A stretch of DNA of 33,490 nt, from IMG/VR virus record IMGVR_UViG_3300017727_000068, positions 1 to 33,490 of that record; one strand, given 5' to 3'. The DNA is from a virus (Duplodnaviria > Caudoviricetes). How positions within the stretch are numbered: position 1 is the first letter of the stretch; every line of letters begins with the position of its first letter. A model generated the notes under the pieces. That model saw nothing but the letters and a program-made list of their open reading frames with translations, was not told the origin of the DNA and did no database searches. Both the position numbers and the translations under genes were made by a program. Shown here one piece after another: positions 30,839 through 33,490 of the stretch.

Positions 30839-33490
30839 CCTAATAAATCCTCCATTTGGTCTGAATATGGTAAGCCTGTGTTAGGGTCTCTCCTATCAGC
30901 AGGGTCTTCTTTTGTATATGGTACTTTAAAATCTCCTTCAACTAATCCACCTGTAGAAAAAGTAGAAACTCTTAATGGAGGTTTAGGTTTACTTTCTTTT
31001 TGTTTGTTATTTTGGACTGTAGTAGGGTCTAAATTTCTAACTGCTTTCTTAATTTCTTTATATCCTTCTGGATTAGTAGTCTGAAGTAAACCAATAGCAG
31101 GTACTTTATCTAAAGCTACAGTTAATAATCCTTCATTTCTAGAAAGTAAATCAAGTATATCATTTACAGCCGGACCAGTAAAGTTTTTTGTTAAGGCAAA
31201 AATAAGATTGTTATATTCTACATCTTGACTAGCTCTATAAGATGATTCAACTGGTCCTAGCATACCTGTTCTGAAGGCTGCTTTTAACACTTCATTACTT
31301 AGACTGCTATCAAAAGGACCTTTAGTTTTTCCTTCTTCTATATCTTCTAGATTCTTACCACCAGTTCTTAATGTGTTACCAAACATAGCAATACTAATCA
31401 TCGTTGCTGCACCCATAACAACACTTGGAGTAGAATGAATACTACCACTTCTTATATCCTTAGTTACTTCTCTTACTGCATTTTTTACTACGGTATTACT
31501 AAATGCTGTAGGGAATCCCATTAAACCAAAAGCCCATCTTGTTGAAGGCATAGAATGCCATAGTGGTTTTTGATTAGCTGCAGCAGTAGGATTCATAATA
31601 ACTTCGTCTACATATCGTGCAGCACTAGGTAAAAAAGTTTCATCATAAAATTTACTTGAAGGTTTTCCTCCAGCCAATACCCACTTTTTACCATCATTAA
31701 CATTTACTCCTAGTTCTTTTAATTCATTTTCTAAACGTAAAGTTTTCTTTGCATTCAATCTTTTATTAGTAGCTAGTTCAAATAAATTGTCATACATTTT
31801 AGATTTTGCTACATTAAAACTTGTTAGCTGCACAAATCGTGTCCAATCATGTAATAAATTTATTTTAAAAAATTTGTTTTGTGCTTGAGTAGCTCTTCTT
31901 CCAAACCCTTGTCCATACATAGCAAGTGACCTATCTTCTCCAGCTCTGTCAAGTGCTCTATTAAATCTATTTAATTCTTTTAAAGATTCAGGTCTATTAT
32001 CAGCAAGGTCTTTTTTAACAACATCATTCCACCACATTTTACGATATTTATTTCCAGACTCAAATAACAATCGTATACCACCATCACCTAAGTTATCTTC
32101 GCCTTTTCCTTTTTGTAAAAACTTTTTACCTGCTCCTCTAACTAAAGGTACAGCAACTTCTGATAAACTTGTTATGGTTGCTAACGGTAAAAGTGCTAAT
32201 TGATTTCCAACAATAGCTACATCAGCTAGTGCTCGTAGTGCAGCATTATCAATACCAGCAACTTGACCAGTTGTAACTAGATAAATATTTTCTAAAGTTT
32301 TAATTTCTTTTGAAGTTAATTCATTACCTTTCTTTTGTAAATCTCTAGAAATAGGAACAATAAATCGTTCACCAAATTCGTTTAAGTCTTCACCTAAATG
32401 TATTTTTCTTTGAACATAACCACCGGCTTGTTGTATATAATCATGTATTAAATTTTCTACATTATTATCCAAATAATTACTAATTTTTGTTTCATCTATA
32501 TTAGTTAATTTTCTTTCTTTTGTCATTTTTGGAACTGATTTAGAATAACCAACTTGTCTAGCTTGTCCTCTTCCTAACGTGACTAATTCAGTATAACTTT
32601 TACCAACCATAGATGTAGGATTAATAATATCTTCTAGAACATCTCTTACTTCTTGATTTGTTTTAAATCCTTCAGCTCGTTTTAATTCTTTAACTAAATC
32701 TCCTTCAATATTCTTATCTAAATTTTTAATTTCTTGTTTAACAGCATTATAGTCAAAGCCTCTAGGTAAATAATTTTTTACAAATCCTAAATCTAATCCA
32801 GCATCTACTCCATCTTTCCTAATTTTACTAACTATGCTTCTAATTTGACTACCGGCTAATGCTATTTCGTTTGTTGTTTTTTCAGTCATGTTAAAAGCTT
32901 TTTCTAAGGAAACTCTTTTACCATCAACATCAACTGTTTTTCTACCTGTCCTTAAATAATAAGCTAATGCATCGTTTGTTTCATCAGCAATTCTTTGGTA
33001 TTCTAATCGTGTTTGTTTGACACCAGCAGTCTTACCTCGTTTACTAAATGGAATTTTAAAGAATGCATCTCGTGAACCAATTTGAGGTATAGTAACTGTT
33101 CCTCTATCTTTTAAACCATTAACAATATCTTGAAACTCATCTCTAAATTTACCATTATATGTATTAACATCTTCATAAAAAGAACGTTTAGATACTTCTT
33201 GTGCTACATCATAATCTTTACCTGACACACTCCTACCAGTATCATATCTAAATTTTTTAATAAGAGCCTCTAACTGCTTGTTTTCTTTCATTATCCGTAC
33301 AAAACGTGCAGTTGGTTTTTGAATAAACGCACCTAATCTAGATACTTTTGGAGTAACTGCTTCAATGACATCATCTGACATTTGTATAGTTTTATCTATA
33401 ATGTCACCTTTATAGTCTTCTCCACCATCAATTCTAGCTTGTCTACGTGAATCCATTGACTTATTAAACTTAGAAATACTAGCACCAGCA
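30835..33490 (-). CDS. Large internal virion/ejection-type protein, 3' part (starts beyond window)
   Basis: Frame is open to the window edge upstream of 33456. Helical, with NYLPR, P.AA.QKP.W...P......GFPTAFSN and C-terminal FSTGGLV. Confidence 0.65.
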   Translation of the reverse strand, partial: AGASISKFNKSMDSRRQARIDGGEDYKGDIIDKTIQMSDDVIEAVTPKVSRLGAFIQKPTARFVRIMKENKQLEALIKKFRYDTGRSVSGKDYDVAQEVSKRSFYEDVNTYNGKFRDEFQDIVNGLKDRGTVTIPQIGSRDAFFKIPFSKRGKTAGVKQTRLEYQRIADETNDALAYYLRTGRKTVDVDGKRVSLEKAFNMTEKTTNEIALAGSQIRSIVSKIRKDGVDAGLDLGFVKNYLPRGFDYNAVKQEIKNLDKNIEGDLVKELKRAEGFKTNQEVRDVLEDIINPTSMVGKSYTELVTLGRGQARQVGYSKSVPKMTKERKLTNIDETKISNYLDNNVENLIHDYIQQAGGYVQRKIHLGEDLNEFGERFIVPISRDLQKKGNELTSKEIKTLENIYLVTTGQVAGIDNAALRALADVAIVGNQLALLPLATITSLSEVAVPLVRGAGKKFLQKGKGEDNLGDGGIRLLFESGNKYRKMWWNDVVKKDLADNRPESLKELNRFNRALDRAGEDRSLAMYGQGFGRRATQAQNKFFKINLLHDWTRFVQLTSFNVAKSKMYDNLFELATNKRLNAKKTLRLENELKELGVNVNDGKKWVLAGGKPSSKFYDETFLPSAARYVDEVIMNPTAAANQKPLWHSMPSTRWAFGLMGFPTAFSNTVVKNAVREVTKDIRSGSIHSTPSVVMGAATMISIAMFGNTLRTGGKNLEDIEEGKTKGPFDSSLSNEVLKAAFRTGMLGPVESSYRASQDVEYNNLIFALTKNFTGPAVNDILDLLSRNEGLLTVALDKVPAIGLLQTTNPEGYKEIKKAVRNLDPTTVQNNKQKESKPKPPLRVSTFSTGGLVEGDFKVPYTKEDPADRRDPNTGLPYSDQMEDLLG

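Overview
An AT-rich segment of a lytic, podovirus-like tailed phage, probably marine and possibly infecting a streamlined proteobacterium. It has two arms. The minus strand at 1-9000 carries head morphogenesis genes (major capsid 5' end, scaffold, portal, TerL, TerS), small basic proteins and an IscU auxiliary gene. A repeat-rich non-coding divergence point at about 9000-9630 has back-to-back consensus sigma70 promoters and is the likely genome end or origin. The plus strand at 9635-24450 carries small early genes and a T7-like replication set (SSB, primase-helicase, PolA, nucleases, class Ia RNR) with no phage RNA polymerase. The minus strand at 24571-33490 carries a large virion protein, endolysin and holin, then CsgF, CsgG, a curlin-like secreted protein, a FecR-domain protein and a CHASE2 adenylate cyclase. 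Main observations: (1) this curli-pore/FecR/cyclase module, whose csgG is split by a -1 shift at an in-phase A_AAA_AAA run; (2) at least 25 copies of the palindrome GTTTAAAC in a gradient decaying from the divergence point, fused to the Shine-Dalgarno of six consecutive early genes; (3) three covarying 23-nt stem-loops in the scaffold leader; (4) a structured, anti-SD-rich intergenic RNA candidate upstream of ssb. All calls come from motif recognition by eye and no searches were run.
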